DNA of 63,928 nucleotides, the filler included, from Atractiella rhizophila (lineage: Eukaryota): NCBI GenBank assembly GCA_021432655.1. It is 3 parts of 3 records of this genome, joined end to end, with 100 filler letters (N's around TTAATTAATTAA, not from the genome) between each part and the next. Parts side by side here need not be neighbours in the genome. Positions count along the whole stretch, not along the records: positions 1 to 25,464 come from MU271743.1; 2 more parts are not named here. One strand, given 5' to 3'. The translations under genes and the position numbers were made by a program. Under the pieces are notes generated by a model. It was not told the origin of the DNA, did not search any database, and was given only the letters and a program-made list of their open reading frames with translations. Positions 1 to 12,500 of the stretch are shown piece by piece (positions within the stretch are counted from its first letter, which is position 1; each line of letters starts with the position of its first letter).

Positions 1-2853
1 GCAGTGGGCTTGCCCCTGCCGATCTTCTACCACCTGGTAGAGCTCCTTCGCCTCCTCGAAACACCCCAGCGCTTCCTCCATTCGACCCCGATGCTGCTCG
101 ATCTCCCCAATGCTGCGAATGCAGTGGGCTTGCCCCTGCCGATCTTCTACCGCCTGGTACAGCTGCTTCGCCTCCTCAAAATGTTTTAAGGGTGTTTGAG
201 GAATTCCCTGCTGTTGAAATGCAAGACCCATTGCCATTTTCAATTCGGCTTTGGAATTCATTTGAAAACTATTGGATTTCGTGGTTGATACAGCCTGCTG
301 CAACAGTTTGATTGAGAGAAGGCGCTGGAGATATTGAAAGTGCCAACTTTCCACAAGGAAATGGACCAACATTGTCGAATCCTGCAGACGTTCAAAACTG
401 ACCAGAAGCACATACTCAAGATTTGGATGATCGTTGCGGAAGCACAACAGCCCTATCTGTTTGCCCTCAACTTCGAATCGTTGGATATTTTCCCGAGCTT
501 TGTGCATAAGACGCTCAGTAACGGGCTCAAGGGAAGGTACAATGGTTTTAAAACTAGGATCGGAATGTAAGACTGAGTAGTTGACATGTTCACGAATTGG
601 CGCAAGCATCCGCAATCGTGTTGAGTTCGTCAGGCCGTCTTCGTTTGTTTCAGCGAGTCCGACGGAGAAAATTGAAGTGATGACCTCGTAGGATTTCTCT
701 GAATCAGGAAGGCAGGATTTCTCCGTAAGTGCGACAATGTCCGTGTCCAAAAGCCCATCAGGTGCCCAGGACAGAGCGGCGAGTATAAAGGTGCTTAGGT
801 CGTGATGCATTGTGAGAAGAGGTAAGCTAAGTGAAAAAGATATCGACGTTGCAAGAGTTGGAGTCTCCTCGCTGTCCTTGTCCCATAGCACCTTTGTCTT
901 CTTTGCCTCCCACTCCTCTAACAGAGTTGAAATATGTTTTGTTGACTCTGCGTTGGCACGAAGAACAAAGAGCTTGATCGACAAAGTGTGATGATCCAGC
1001 TTAGCGAAGATGGTCTTGAGCACCTGTTCCGTACAAATCTTTCTTCCCGTGTAAAGGTGCTTGAACAGGTCCAGCCAGGCAGCGTCAGATATGCCTCTGA
1101 TTGTCAGCTCTCGAAATTCCACATCTGTGACGTTCACTCGATAGATTCGACGTCCCCGATGGGCTACGATGAGAATGGACCCCAAGGTATTGTTTGCAGA
1201 AAGAAGAGCTTGCAAGAATGGCTGCAGTTGCTCCGTGTCACGCTCTGCGGTGGTTTCAAAATTGTCCAAGATAAGGAGACATTTGTTGTTACTGAAATAT
1301 CGTGCAACAGCAGCGAGTTCAGTTTCTCCAGGTAGAGGGGCTATTCCGAAGACCTGCCTGCAAAGGTATGTAGAGAGAGATGAAAATGTAGAGAAAACGT
1401 CGCATCGTGCCCAGAACCGAAAGTCTTCCTCCTCGTTCTCCGCAATGGTCGTGAATGCATCTTTGACTTCCTTCGCATGCAGGACCTGTCGGGCCACAGT
1501 AGACTTCCCATTGCCAGCGCCACCGATGATTGCAAGATGGTTTTTGTCGGTGAGGATGCACTTGATTGCCGTCTCAACTTCGTCATCTCTTCCATAACAA
1601 TCTCCTGTATGAGGCAACGGAAGCTTTCTGGGCACAGCAATGCGTTGTTTACAGCCTAAACAAGTGCAAGTCAGCATGCCGCCATCAATCACGCAACATG
1701 GAGAATACCTCGCACAAGCGACTTGGTCGCAGAGGAAACTTCATGATTCATATCCTCCATGTAAGCCTTTGTGCAGCCCACAACGTCCTCTTTTCGCTCC
1801 CATTCCTCCCACTTGAAGTCTCTGAATGTATCCACCGAGAAACGATGATAGCAATGACCCATCTCGCGGTCCTGCATCTTCACCTTCACGTCGTTCGAAA
1901 CCTTCGAGCAATCCGCGACTATCGCTTTGAGTGCTTTCTCAATATCGTCCCGAGTGCGGCCTAACTCGACAGCCCGTGCAACTCCTGGGCCGAGAGACAC
2001 AAGACAGGCAATCTCACTGCTGGCTCCCCAAATCCGGTTGGCTTCATCGACGGCTACCAATGTAGGGTTGTTGGCGCTAAGCTGAACGTAGCCGGTGGAA
2101 TCTTCGTTCATGGGAGGAAAGAAAGGAGGACGGGCAGACGTAGCCCTTGCGGCTTGCCAGACGAAACATGGGGAAGCGGAGCGAGAGGCAGATCCAGCAT
2201 GATGAATGTCATAGGTGCGCATCTCCGTTGAAACGACAACGCTGGCTTGATAGCTAGAGAGGACGAACGTCCTGCACCTATCCTGCGGAGAAGGGTCCTT
2301 CATAGGAAGAGGCTCCGTGGGATCTTCAAGGGGGGGCGTGTGTCGCTGGATGATGGATATCAACGTCTCTTCCAGCCTCGTTGCTGAGAACAAGTACCCG
2401 CCACTGGGGTCCGAATCCTCTTCTAGAAAGCCGTCTCGCGCGATCTCTTCGTACGCTGCAATGCACTGACGTACTGTCATCCCCAGCCTGCCGAGCATAA
2501 GTGCGATCCACCCGCCAGTCGAAGTCCCACAAATGAGATCGAAGACATCGCAAGGTCGAAGCTCTTCATTCTCGGGGACGTTGAGAAGATGTGCGGCTTG
2601 ACGCATGATGGGTTCGAGCATGTAAGGAGCTGAGAAAGTGCCAACGCCTCCGTTGTCGATAGAAAGGATCCGTAGTCCGAGCGGATTCGTTTTCTTAATA
2701 TTCTCGGGAATTTTGAACACTTTGACGGAATTCGCGGACATGAAGGGCAAAGTGTTGGATTGCAGGATGAATCTCCAAAAACAGCGATTGAAATCGTGGT
2801 TATAGGTAGAGGAAGGAACTGCCTGAGGATGGTACAATCTAGTCACCTTCCAT
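1..2853 (-). CDS. Fungal NLR copy 1: patatin + STAND (NB-ARC-like) NTPase + TPR repeats; 3' end runs off the window
   Basis: The patatin ORF 2846-1689 (SIDNGG, DLICGTSTGG, ARATSA..NNP) is joined by a 53-nt phase-1 intron (1708-1656, GTATTC..GCTGAC..TTTAG) to an exon I read stop-free from 1655 to base 1. That exon has Walker A GGAGNGKST, Walker B LLILDNFET and then FEEAKELYQVVEDRQGQAHC repeats. The ATG homologous to copies 2/3 (2853) is out of frame by one extra base; the conserved in-frame Met of MSANSVK is at 2741. Confidence 0.9.
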
Positions 2854-2928
2854 CAGTCTTGCTTCTACACGTTCGTTGCATATAACATAATTGAATCCAG
2901 CTTTGTGTCATTGTCCTCGAGTTAATAT

Positions 2929-4370
2929 TTAAGAGAGCAGATGATCGTACCCTCGCCAAACGTAGTGCTTTGCTGCTCTGTTCGTTGCCTTTGTGCCATC
3001 ACATATGACACTGTACCTTTCTCTCAGCTGGACGTAGAAACTCTCTCCCTTTGTTGAATGAATTAAATCTTGTAACTCTTTTTGGAACTCTACCAGCGTA
3101 CGTGCGGTCTGGAAGCAGACGAACTGAAGAAAGCCAAATCGCGAGTGCTCCTTCGCTATCTTTTGAAGAGCAATTTCAAGGCAACGGCAAAGCCACATCT
3201 CTGTCATTTCTGCGTTTTTCCTGCGGCGAAACAAGCAAATACTCACCTCTGCACGAGAATTCACGAAATCACGATTTCAGCTCTCTCCAGCTCAGATGCC
3301 AGGGCCGCTCAATGTTAAGTTATCCCAATAGCTCTTTCCAATTTTCCCGACTTCTTGAGCTGCCTTAAATTTTCTCGCTAAAGATTCAACACTTTCGTCT
3401 TTCGTCGTTCTCACGGTTTCATCATCCTCCACAATTGACCCTAACTCATTGAGACGCGTGACGCGTGAACCCTACTTCTTCAGTCACCGCGACTTAGCGC
3501 TCCACTCGTTCGCCTTCTCCTGCCTACAACGGATCGTATGAGGGACTCCAGCTAGCCAACTCGACATCGTCCCGCGGCCGCTGCTCGTTCCTTAATAAGT
3601 TCCTGATTCCTCTCTGCTCGATCAGGCGACAGGATCGAGTTACTAGTACTTATGCCTGAAGTTCTTCAGGTCAGACGAGGAGAGGTGCTGGTCGATCTCA
3701 TGGGTTGATAAAAATATTGGACACAAAGGGAGAGGAGCGTCCTCGAGACGGGTAAAGGTCATGGATAGCGGGTAGATTTGGTTCACGTCCAATTGTTTTG
3801 TTACTTCATCACCCTTTGGCATTGAAAGCATATCCGAAGATCAATTAATACCTGGAGGGACAGAGAGTTAATCAGCACAATCTCGTCACAACCTAAGAAG
3901 AGTTGATCGCACCCTTCGTCTCCTACCGAGCAGCACTGTCCCCTTCAAAGTAGCAGCTAACTGAACTAGCTTCTTTCCCGCTCTTCAACCCGTCCTGAGC
4001 ACATAACCTCTAACTGGTATTGCTGTCTCTTGACGAGGAGTCTTTATGGGAAAAGGAGGGAGACTCGGCAGATGCGAGCAGCAGGGTGATTTCGCTAATC
4101 TACGCTCAGAAGTTGGAACTTTGATGCGGTAATCAGTGCGTATAAGACTGACGTGATCGCGGACGAAATGAAGGGAGGATGAGGATTCCTGTTGAAACGT
4201 TGAGAGCAACGGTTCTACCCCAGCAAGTGAGGGAAAAAGTACATCCTGAGTAGCGAGCTATGTAGGTAGGATGTAGAGTTAGGAGGCTCAATGTAACTCC
4301 CGGTATAAAGATGTTAGGATGGCAAAAGAACTAAATGAGTTGCCCGCACGGACTCCGGAATAGCGCCGTT
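2929..4370 (-). pseudogene. Decayed gene remnant of unknown family upstream of NLR copy 1 (paralogous remnant at about 13380-14870)
   Basis: Short broken ORFs and a GTGAGT donor at 3246 are shared with the unit-2 copy (about 13699). Stops and frameshifts differ between the copies. Confidence 0.35.
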
Positions 4371-4899
4371 GAAACAACTTGAGCTGTGAGGCTTGTGAAG
4401 CCTAACCTAACCCTGTCGTCTTTGGTAATTTGTGACCCGTAGAGGTCAGGAAGTGTCCGGTACGAGACTTGAGCCATGTCTTCCTCCCACAGAGAGAAGG
4501 TGCAAGTTGGGTGCTCCACCATGATGAGTCTTTCGCGCGATCTTTCGAGGGATTGAGAGTACCAATTATACTAGTAACAAGACCAGATTCGCGAGGACAA
4601 AAACTCCTGTGCCATTCAAGAGGATGTAACGGATATTTTGATTGAGTAGCCATGTAGATTGCCCGCGATGGAAAACGTTCCTTCGCTCAGACTTGGAAGA
4701 GCAAGAAACGGGTTCTTCCTTAAAGGGGGATCTTGGGGTGCCTGACGGCGGATGAAGTTGCGGACGAGCCAGTTGGGAAGAAGGTGCTTTCATTTTTTCA
4801 CCTCAAAGCCAAAGATCTTGTGTATTTAAGCTGTATTTGGTCCATGTCCAGTTCCATGTGTACCACTAGTACGAGTCAGACCTTTTCGTGTATGTTGGG

Positions 4900-6370
4900 A
4901 TCAGGTGAGACTGCACTGGACGCCTGTGATCTTTGATGAGGAATGTGAAGTGGTGCTTGCTGGAATAGGTGTAAATGTGCCAGAATCTCGGCGCTGGATG
5001 ATAATCAAAGTATCCAGTGAACGTCGCACTCCTTCTGATCAAGCAAAATTAGTGCCGTTTCCTATCAGCTCCCCTTCAGTAGTTTCCCAATCTAGTGTAT
5101 TTCTCACACAGATTAGCTGCCGTAATAACTGATACCCCCAATACCACAACACTGTTCATCTTCCTGCGCGAATCTGAACTCCCTCGGCTACAATTCCACG
5201 CAGCCAATGACACTGAGATTCGGTACCGTGCATTTACGAAAATTATGCCAAGGTCTTTTCCCTCGTTCGGATCGTCAGCAAAGTAAGACATCTGTCCGCG
5301 AATCAACGTGACCCAAAATTTCCTAACATCTGCTTCTTCCCCAACGTCAGCAGCGACCCATAAGGACGCATAAGGACGGACTGACCACAGTGGTTCAACT
5401 GTTTGCGTGAATATGATATTCAGAGTAGGGAAAGGAAGGTTTGAAAGTTCTCTCACGCATAACAGCGTAGCTGAGTGGCCTTCAGAACACCTAGAACGTA
5501 TTACACCTGTTCATATAGGACTCATTACGGGGAATCATGGAAAATGTCTCTTACTCGAGAAATTCTGTGACGGGCTTGCCGCAAAACACAGGAACATTCA
5601 AGCTGTTGCAAACGCCCCACCTCCCCGTTACAAATTGCAAGAGGTGAAGCAGTGTGTCTAAGACTGATTCTAGCCATAGACACAATTTGACTGTCTTTGT
5701 CCCACCCCTGAACGGATGCCAACTACAAATCATCCTAGGAACACACCCCTCAAAGGTCAAAGAAACCATTTTACTCGGCCCCAGCGCTCCTTCCGTCGCA
5801 ATGTCATTGCGCTACTGGTCCGTTTCCTTTGTTCTTTGAGGTTTGGCGAAACCGCAGGAGCACCGCATGCATGATGTAGAAATATAAAAGCTCTCGATCC
5901 TGGCTGCTTCAGGACCAAGCATTTTTCCGGTCAGAAAAGGGTACTCAACAGTCCAAAAGAAAAAATGCAATTCTCTGCGATTTTCTACAGCGTCATGGCA
6001 TTCTCCATGATATCCTGCTCTTCGTCTGCCCCGGCAGTTGGTAGTGCTGGTCCTATCATGGTTTCCGAAGAGGAGGTAAGCACCTGCTTCCGTCGACCCA
6101 TTCAAAACTGATAGCCAAGCCAAGTTTTGGACTAATTGGGCCACTGGAAACTTGACCATTGACACTGCTTGTAAGTCGAACTTCGACGGCCACAACGTTA
6201 GCTGAAATATCTCGACAGGTTGCGGAGCGTGCTCCGTGGTAAGCATTTTTCATAATCTGAGTCGCGAACGCCAAAACGATCTCTACAGAGTTGCGGCAGA
6301 TGCTGCTCTTGCGTTACCTGCCAATGCACCGGAACTTGTTAAGAAATCCCGGAGAAATGATGTGTAATGC
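4900..6370 (+). pseudogene. Decayed gene remnant of unknown family (paralogous remnant at about 15480-17290)
   Basis: Homologous peptide fragments in both units (FDEECEVVLAGIG / CDEEDDTVFAGVG; CDGLAAKHRN / CDRLAAKHRN; MAFSMISC..GSAGP..SE.E followed by a GTAAGC donor), interrupted by stops. Confidence 0.35.
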
Positions 6371-6422
6371 TTTTTTCTAAATTCGAGATTTAGCGGGTCT
6401 TGTGTTCTTTCATTGGAATCTT

Positions 6423-8240
6423 TCAATGTACAACGATAGCTAGGTTTCTTGCACTCCCGCTTTCCTCCTGATCAAACAGATTCCACAATTCCAGCCTAAG
6501 CTCCTTGCCCGCATTCTCGTCTAGAGCCAGTCGCTCTTGCAACAGCAAAGCAAGCCCCGTATATCTCTCCAACACAATATAGCTCTCCAACGCCGGTCCG
6601 AGAAGACATCTGAGCGTCCAAAAGAACATGAATTTCTTCTCGAATCCTTCCCATTCTCCTTGAGGTTCAAGTCGTGCAACGTCATCCTCGTTGAGATGCA
6701 TCTTCTTCAACGCTTTTGAACGAAAGATCTCTTATGAAAGAAAACAGGAGTCCGCCAGTCTACCGACCCTATTCTCAGAAGGAGAAGCAGCCCCAGATGC
6801 TTCGAGCTCTACTTGAAGACGTGCTCGATAGACAAGTTTGCGCACGGATAGCTTTGCGGATTCCCAGGATGACGCTGAAGACGACCACGGTATGGGAGAT
6901 TGAGTGGCGAGAACAAGGTGGTTGTGAGTGAAAGTAGGGGAAACATTGCATGGATGAAATGGGAAGTCTTGAGAAAGAAATGAGACTATTCAACAACAGA
7001 TTGACCGGAGAGAAACCCACTGGAAGAGGAAGTAAGATTGTAGCAACACGCCATCGCGACCAAGACATCTTGACATTCCGCACTCCCAGAGCTAACGAAA
7101 GCGCGCAACGTGTCGACAGTAAGATCTCCACAGGCATGCAAAGCACAAACGACCCTCCCCTCTTCCTTCTCCGCAGGTCCTTCCTGCAGAATTCTCCTGA
7201 TACCGTTCTCATCCAACACTTCCGCTTTCAACGTCAATGTTCCTATCTTCTCCTGCTCCTGCTCCTGCTCCTTCTCATATTTCAAACGGTTTGAAACTAA
7301 CTTCTCTGCTCCAGTGACTTGAGAGGAGCTGCCCTCCATCGCACAAACATCAAGAAGCAGGGGCTCTCTGGTCAAAGGAGCAGAAAGGTGTGCTCGTCCG
7401 GATGCAATATCAATCGCGCTCTCAATTTGTGGTCTATTTGGAAAGCAGCGTTTGGGCAAGTGCGATGAAGCGATTGACCTCATGCGCTTTCTTCGAAGAC
7501 GTGCCGTGAGGCAATCCGCCAGGAAATGTTTTGGATGTGCTGGAGATGGCATGTGAAGACGAAGTCGCTCTAATTCCTTTGCAATCGATTTCCCAGCTGA
7601 GAATGGGTTTGCCACTTGGCTTCCGAGGGAAAAAAGATTCACGACAACGGTCCGTGAATGCTTTCAGTAAAGCAGGAGCGTCTGGCTAGGCGGCATCTCA
7701 GCCAGTATTTCTTGAAATGAAGATCAAGATTGCAGATGAATGTGTGTGACAAGTTGTGAAGGGAATCTCCGGGAGCAGAAAGCCAATTCCTACATGCCCA
7801 ATGACGTTGCAGGGTTAGGACAAAGCCACCGCGTTGAATATCGGTCTAAGCCATTTAATAGCGAGCAGGGGTATGTCCTACACAGTGCTCTGCCATTGGT
7901 AAATAGACCCAAAATGTCACCAAAACCATTCCAGTTTACAGGGATGTCCAATGAAGTGCGACTTCTCTCAATTTCTTCTCAAGAGAGGAAACACACCTTC
8001 ACCACTTCCTTGACTCAGATTTTTCAACGTGGATTCCACAACACTCCTTGCAAGAATTCCGTCGTACCATCCCTCCCATTCGCTTGGGACCATTTCTGCT
8101 GCTTTGTTCACATCGAAAGTACCTGGATTGATAGGAGACTGCCTGAAGAAAGAATTGCTGGATGAGGAGCAGAGCCGAGCGACAGTGGAATCGTGAAGGA
8201 ACTCGAGGTTTTTGCAAGTGAAAAGGCAGCGGTGGGAACA
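6423..8240 (-). pseudogene. METTL25/RRNAD1-like SAM methyltransferase (Methyltransf_32), frameshifted copy A
   Basis: Motifs IDIASGRAHL, ALHACGDLTVDTLR, MACCYNL, FFWTLRCLLGPALESYIVLERY and LFDQ..SARNLAIV. Frameshift near 7436 relative to copy B (MSPKKAHEVDRF is out of frame). Confidence 0.8.
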
Positions 8241-8299
8241 TTATCGACATTTCTCCGACGAGGTCAAATTGAAACTTGAACAAAAGATCCTAGCTGCAG

Positions 8300-9500
8300 T
8301 GCTGAGTCATGCCCTCCGCCCTCACGGTTCTTTGCTTCGCTCCATTTCCTCCGTTCCAACTCGGCGAGAGTTTGCGGCATCGACCACTGCATCCGCTCAC
8401 AACGCAACGTATCCAAAATCCAAACATCCCTTCCTCCAGCAAACGAGCTCTTGCCTGCGCCTCTAACCCGTGCACTCGGATTTTGAACCATCCTCGTTCC
8501 CGTCACCGCTCCATCGTCCATCTCCTCCCGTCTTCAACTTGTCGGATCCTCTCCAATCACGCCTGTCGGATCGAACAACACGTAGCCAGTTAGGATGCGA
8601 GCAACGAACTCGCTAAAAACGACTGGTTGAACAGAGAACGAATGGGGAGGGAGAGCGAGCGGTGTATGTGCCGCCTTTCAACCACGAGGGAAATGCGAGT
8701 CTGGTGCGGGAAATCAAGGACCAATGGGTAAGAGGGCTTCAATGCAGATGGAACAAGTGGTGGATTGCTTGGAGGTAGGCTTAAGGGGCTTGAAGAAGTA
8801 GGCTGCGTTCACAGTGCGCTTCCATTCCTTATCCTCCTCTGTATGAGATTGAGATTCACAGCTGATACGTTCAACAAAATGGAACAGTATCAGTCGCTGC
8901 TGTCGAAACGAGCGAAGCCGCCTCTTTCCGCCCCTCCTCGCCTGACACGCGCACAACATTGCGCCGACTCCGAAGCTCGCGTCATTGGAAGCAATAACCT
9001 CCATTGCCGGCTATTTAGGGGCAAAGACGGTCTCGAAAGAATGTTTCAGGCGTTGGCTTACTCACAAAGGAGGCGTAACGAGTGTGATAGTTGAAGACTT
9101 AAGGGTAGTGGACATGATTGAACGCTTTGCTGGTTCGTCTCCTACTCGCCTTGTTTCATCAACAAAAGCCCTGATGCTTATAGGGATCAATGGATGACCA
9201 TCAAATCCTTGTTGAGCCGCCGTCGCAGCTCTTGCACCTTTCTACGCCGATGGAGCGCCGGAACTCTTGAGGAGGATATTCATGGATCTGCCGAAGGATA
9301 GAGCACAGGGATTTGTCGTTGTTTATGGAGGCAGCCAGGTGTCAATGGCCAAGTTGATGGAGTGGGAGTGACGGTGTGGCGTGGTCGATATTAAGGTCTT
9401 TCGTGGTTGGACGTGTCGGGCTGTCGTTTCATTCCGAAAGCTGATCCCATCAAAATCTGGTTCAACGCTATGGGATAACCCATCTGGACTTTATATTGAG
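8300..9500 (+). pseudogene. Decayed gene remnant of unknown family (paralogue at about 19210-20150)
   Basis: Shared peptide fragments (NELAKNDWL.R.RMGRESERCMCRLSTT; FNKMEQYQSLLSKR; EARVIGSN). Unit 2 lacks the block 9000-9280. Confidence 0.3.
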
Positions 9501-9516
9501 GCATTGTGTGGAAATA

Positions 9517-12500
9517 TTACGTCCTCCATTTTATGATAAATGATAACACGCCTATGCACAATGTTATAATCCTGTGAGGGAAGTCAGCATGCACAAGGCA
9601 ATAAGAGAACGGAACGTACCAAAACCATTTCGACCAATGCGTCGTGGTCAATCTTTTGGACCGCCAAGCATGAGGAGCACATTGTTACACTGGTCCACGT
9701 CGGAAGTGGCAAAACAATCTGTGAAGAGCTGACGCGCCTGAATGATTTCCTCCCTGGCCAGGTCGTATTGGCACGATAGTAAGAGGAGTCGGGCCAGCCT
9801 CCATCTACTCCGAGCTTCGTAGTAGCCGCTGGCTGCTTTGCTCAAATTGACTGCTTCCGCGAGAAACTCGATTGCTTTGAACACGCTCTGGGAGTCCCCA
9901 CTGTAAAGCTCGCTGATATTGAAAAGACAGTTAAGTTGACCTCCTAGGTTTTGATCCAGCAGATACAGCTGCTTCGCCTCCTCGAAATGTCTCAGCGCTT
10001 CCTCCATCCGACCCCGATGCTGCTCAACCTCCCCGATGCTGCGAATGCAGTGGGCTTGCCCCAGCCGATCTTCTACCACCTGGCACAGCTCCTTCGCCTC
10101 CTCGAAACGCCCCAGCGCTTCCTCCGTCTGACCCCGATGCAGCTTGATCTTCCCGATGCTGTAAATGCAGTGCGCTAGCCCCCGCCGATTTTCTACCGCC
10201 TGGTACAGCTCCTTCGCCTCCTCGAAACGCCCCAGCGCTTCCTCCTTCCGACCCCGATGCTGCTCAACCTCCCCGATGCTGCGAATGCAGTGGGCTTGCC
10301 CGAGCCGATCTTCTACCGCCTGGTACAGCTCCTTCGCCTCCTCGAAACGCCGCAGCGCTTCATCCATCTGACCCCGACGCTGCTCGATCTCCCCAATGCT
10401 GTGAATGCAGTGGGCTTGCCCCTGCCGATCTTCTACCACCTGGTACAGCTCCTTCGCCTCCTCAAAACGCCGCAGCGCTTCCTCCATCTGACCCCGATGC
10501 TCCTTGATCTTCCCAATGCTGCGAATGCAGTGGGCTTGCCCCAGCCGATCTTCTACCACCTGGCACAGCTCCTTCGCCTCCTCGAAACGCCCCAGCGCTT
10601 CATCCATCTGACCCCGACGCTGCTCGATCTCCCCGATGCTGCGAATGCAGTGGGCTTGCCCCAGCCGACCTTCTACCACCTGGTATAGCTCCTTTGCCTC
10701 CACAAAATGTTTTAAGGCTGTTTGAGGAATTCCCTGCTGTTGAAATGCAAGACCCACTGCCATTTTCAATTCGGCTTTGAAATTCATTTGAAAACTATTG
10801 GATTTCGTGGTTGATACAACCTGCTGCAACAGTTTGATTGAGAGAAGGTGCTGGAGATACTGAAAGCGCCACATTTCCACAAGGAAATGGACCAACATTG
10901 TCGAATCCTGCAGATGTTCAAAACCGACCAGAAGCACATATTCAAGGTTTGCATGGTCATTGCGGAAACACAACAACCCTATCCGTTCACCATCCACTTC
11001 GAATCGTCGCCTATTTTCCCGAGCTTTATCCATGAGACATTCAGTTAGGGGTTTAAGGGATGGTACAGTGGTTTTAAAAGGCGGGTCACATTGACACACT
11101 ACGTGGTTGATGTATTCGCGAATCGGTGAAAGCATGCGTAGTCGTATCACGTTTGACAAGGCATCCTCCATGTTTTCGGCGAGCCCAGTCGACAAAATCG
11201 AGGTCATGACCACGTAAGACTGCTCTAAATCAGGCAGACAGGACTTTTCCGTAATTGCCACAATATCATTGTTCAAAAGTCCGTCGGGTGTCCAAGATAG
11301 AACGGCAAGAATAAAAGTGCTTAGGTCTTGATGCATTTGAAGGAGAGGTGAACTGAGTGAAAAGCTATCGACCTTGCAAGCGTTGGAGTCTCCTCGCTGT
11401 CCTTGTTCCACAGTGTCATTGTCTTCTTTGCCTCCCACTCCTCTAACAGAGTGGANNNNNNNNNNNNNNNNNNNNNNNNNNNNNNNNNNNNNNNNNNNNN
11501 NNNNNNNNNNNNNNNNNNNNNNNNNNNNNNNNNNNNNNNNNNNNNNNNNNNNNNNNNNNNNNNNNNNNNNNNNNNNNNNNNNNNNNNNNNNNNNNNNNNN
11601 NNNNNNNNNNNNNNNNNNNNNNNNNNNNNNNNNNNNNNNNNNNNNNNNNNNNNNNNNNNNNNNNNNNNNNNNNNNNNNNNNNNNNNNNNNNNNNNNNNNN
11701 NNNNNNNNNNNNNNNNNNNNNNNNNNNNNNNNNNNNNNNNNNNNNNNNNNNNNNNNNNNNNNNNNNNNNNNNNNNNNNNNNNNNNNNNNNNNNNNNNNNN
11801 NNNNNNNNNNNNNNNNNNNNNNNNNNNNNNNNNNNNNNNNNNNNNNNNNNNNNNNNNNNNNNNNNNNNNNNNNNNNNNNNNNNNNNNNNNNNNNNNNNNN
11901 NNNNNNNNNNNNNNNNNNNNNNNNNNNNNNNNNNNNNNNNNNNNNNNNNNNNNNNNNNNNNNNNNNNNNNNNNNNNNNNNNNNNNNNNNNNNNNNNNNNN
12001 NNNNNNNNNNNNNNNNNNNNNNNNNNNNNNNNNNNNNNNNNNNNNNNNNNNNNNNNNNNNNNNNNNNNNNNNNNNNNNNNNNNNNNNNNNNNNNNNNNNN
12101 NNNNNNNNNNNNNNNNNNNNNNNNNNNNNNNNNNNNNNNNNNNNNNNNNNNNNNNNNNNNNNNNNNNNNNNNNNNNNNNNNNNNNNNNNNNNNNNNNNNN
12201 NNNNNNNNNNNNNNNNNNNNNNNNNNNNNNNNNNNNNNNNNNNNNNNNNNNNNNNNNNNNNTCCCACCTGAAGTCTCCGAATGTATCCACCGAGAAACGA
12301 TGATAGCAATGACCCATCTCACGGTCCTGCATCTTCACCTTCACGTCATTTCGAAACATTCGAGCAATCCGCGACTATGGCTCTCAGCGCTTCCTGTATA
12401 TCGTCCCCAGTGCGACCCACCGTGACAGCCCGTGCAACTCCCGGACCGAGAGACACAAGACAGGCAATCTCACTGCTGGGTCCCCAAATTCGATTGGCTT

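Noticed and set aside
9951..10688. Leucine-rich plus-strand ORFs (LLDLPDAANAVGLP..) over the repeats, also at 4-189 and 20669-22171
   Set aside because: They are antisense shadows of the TPR codons, confined to the arrays and broken at arbitrary points.
11321..12425. Long ORFs in several frames
   Set aside because: Artefacts of translating the N gap.
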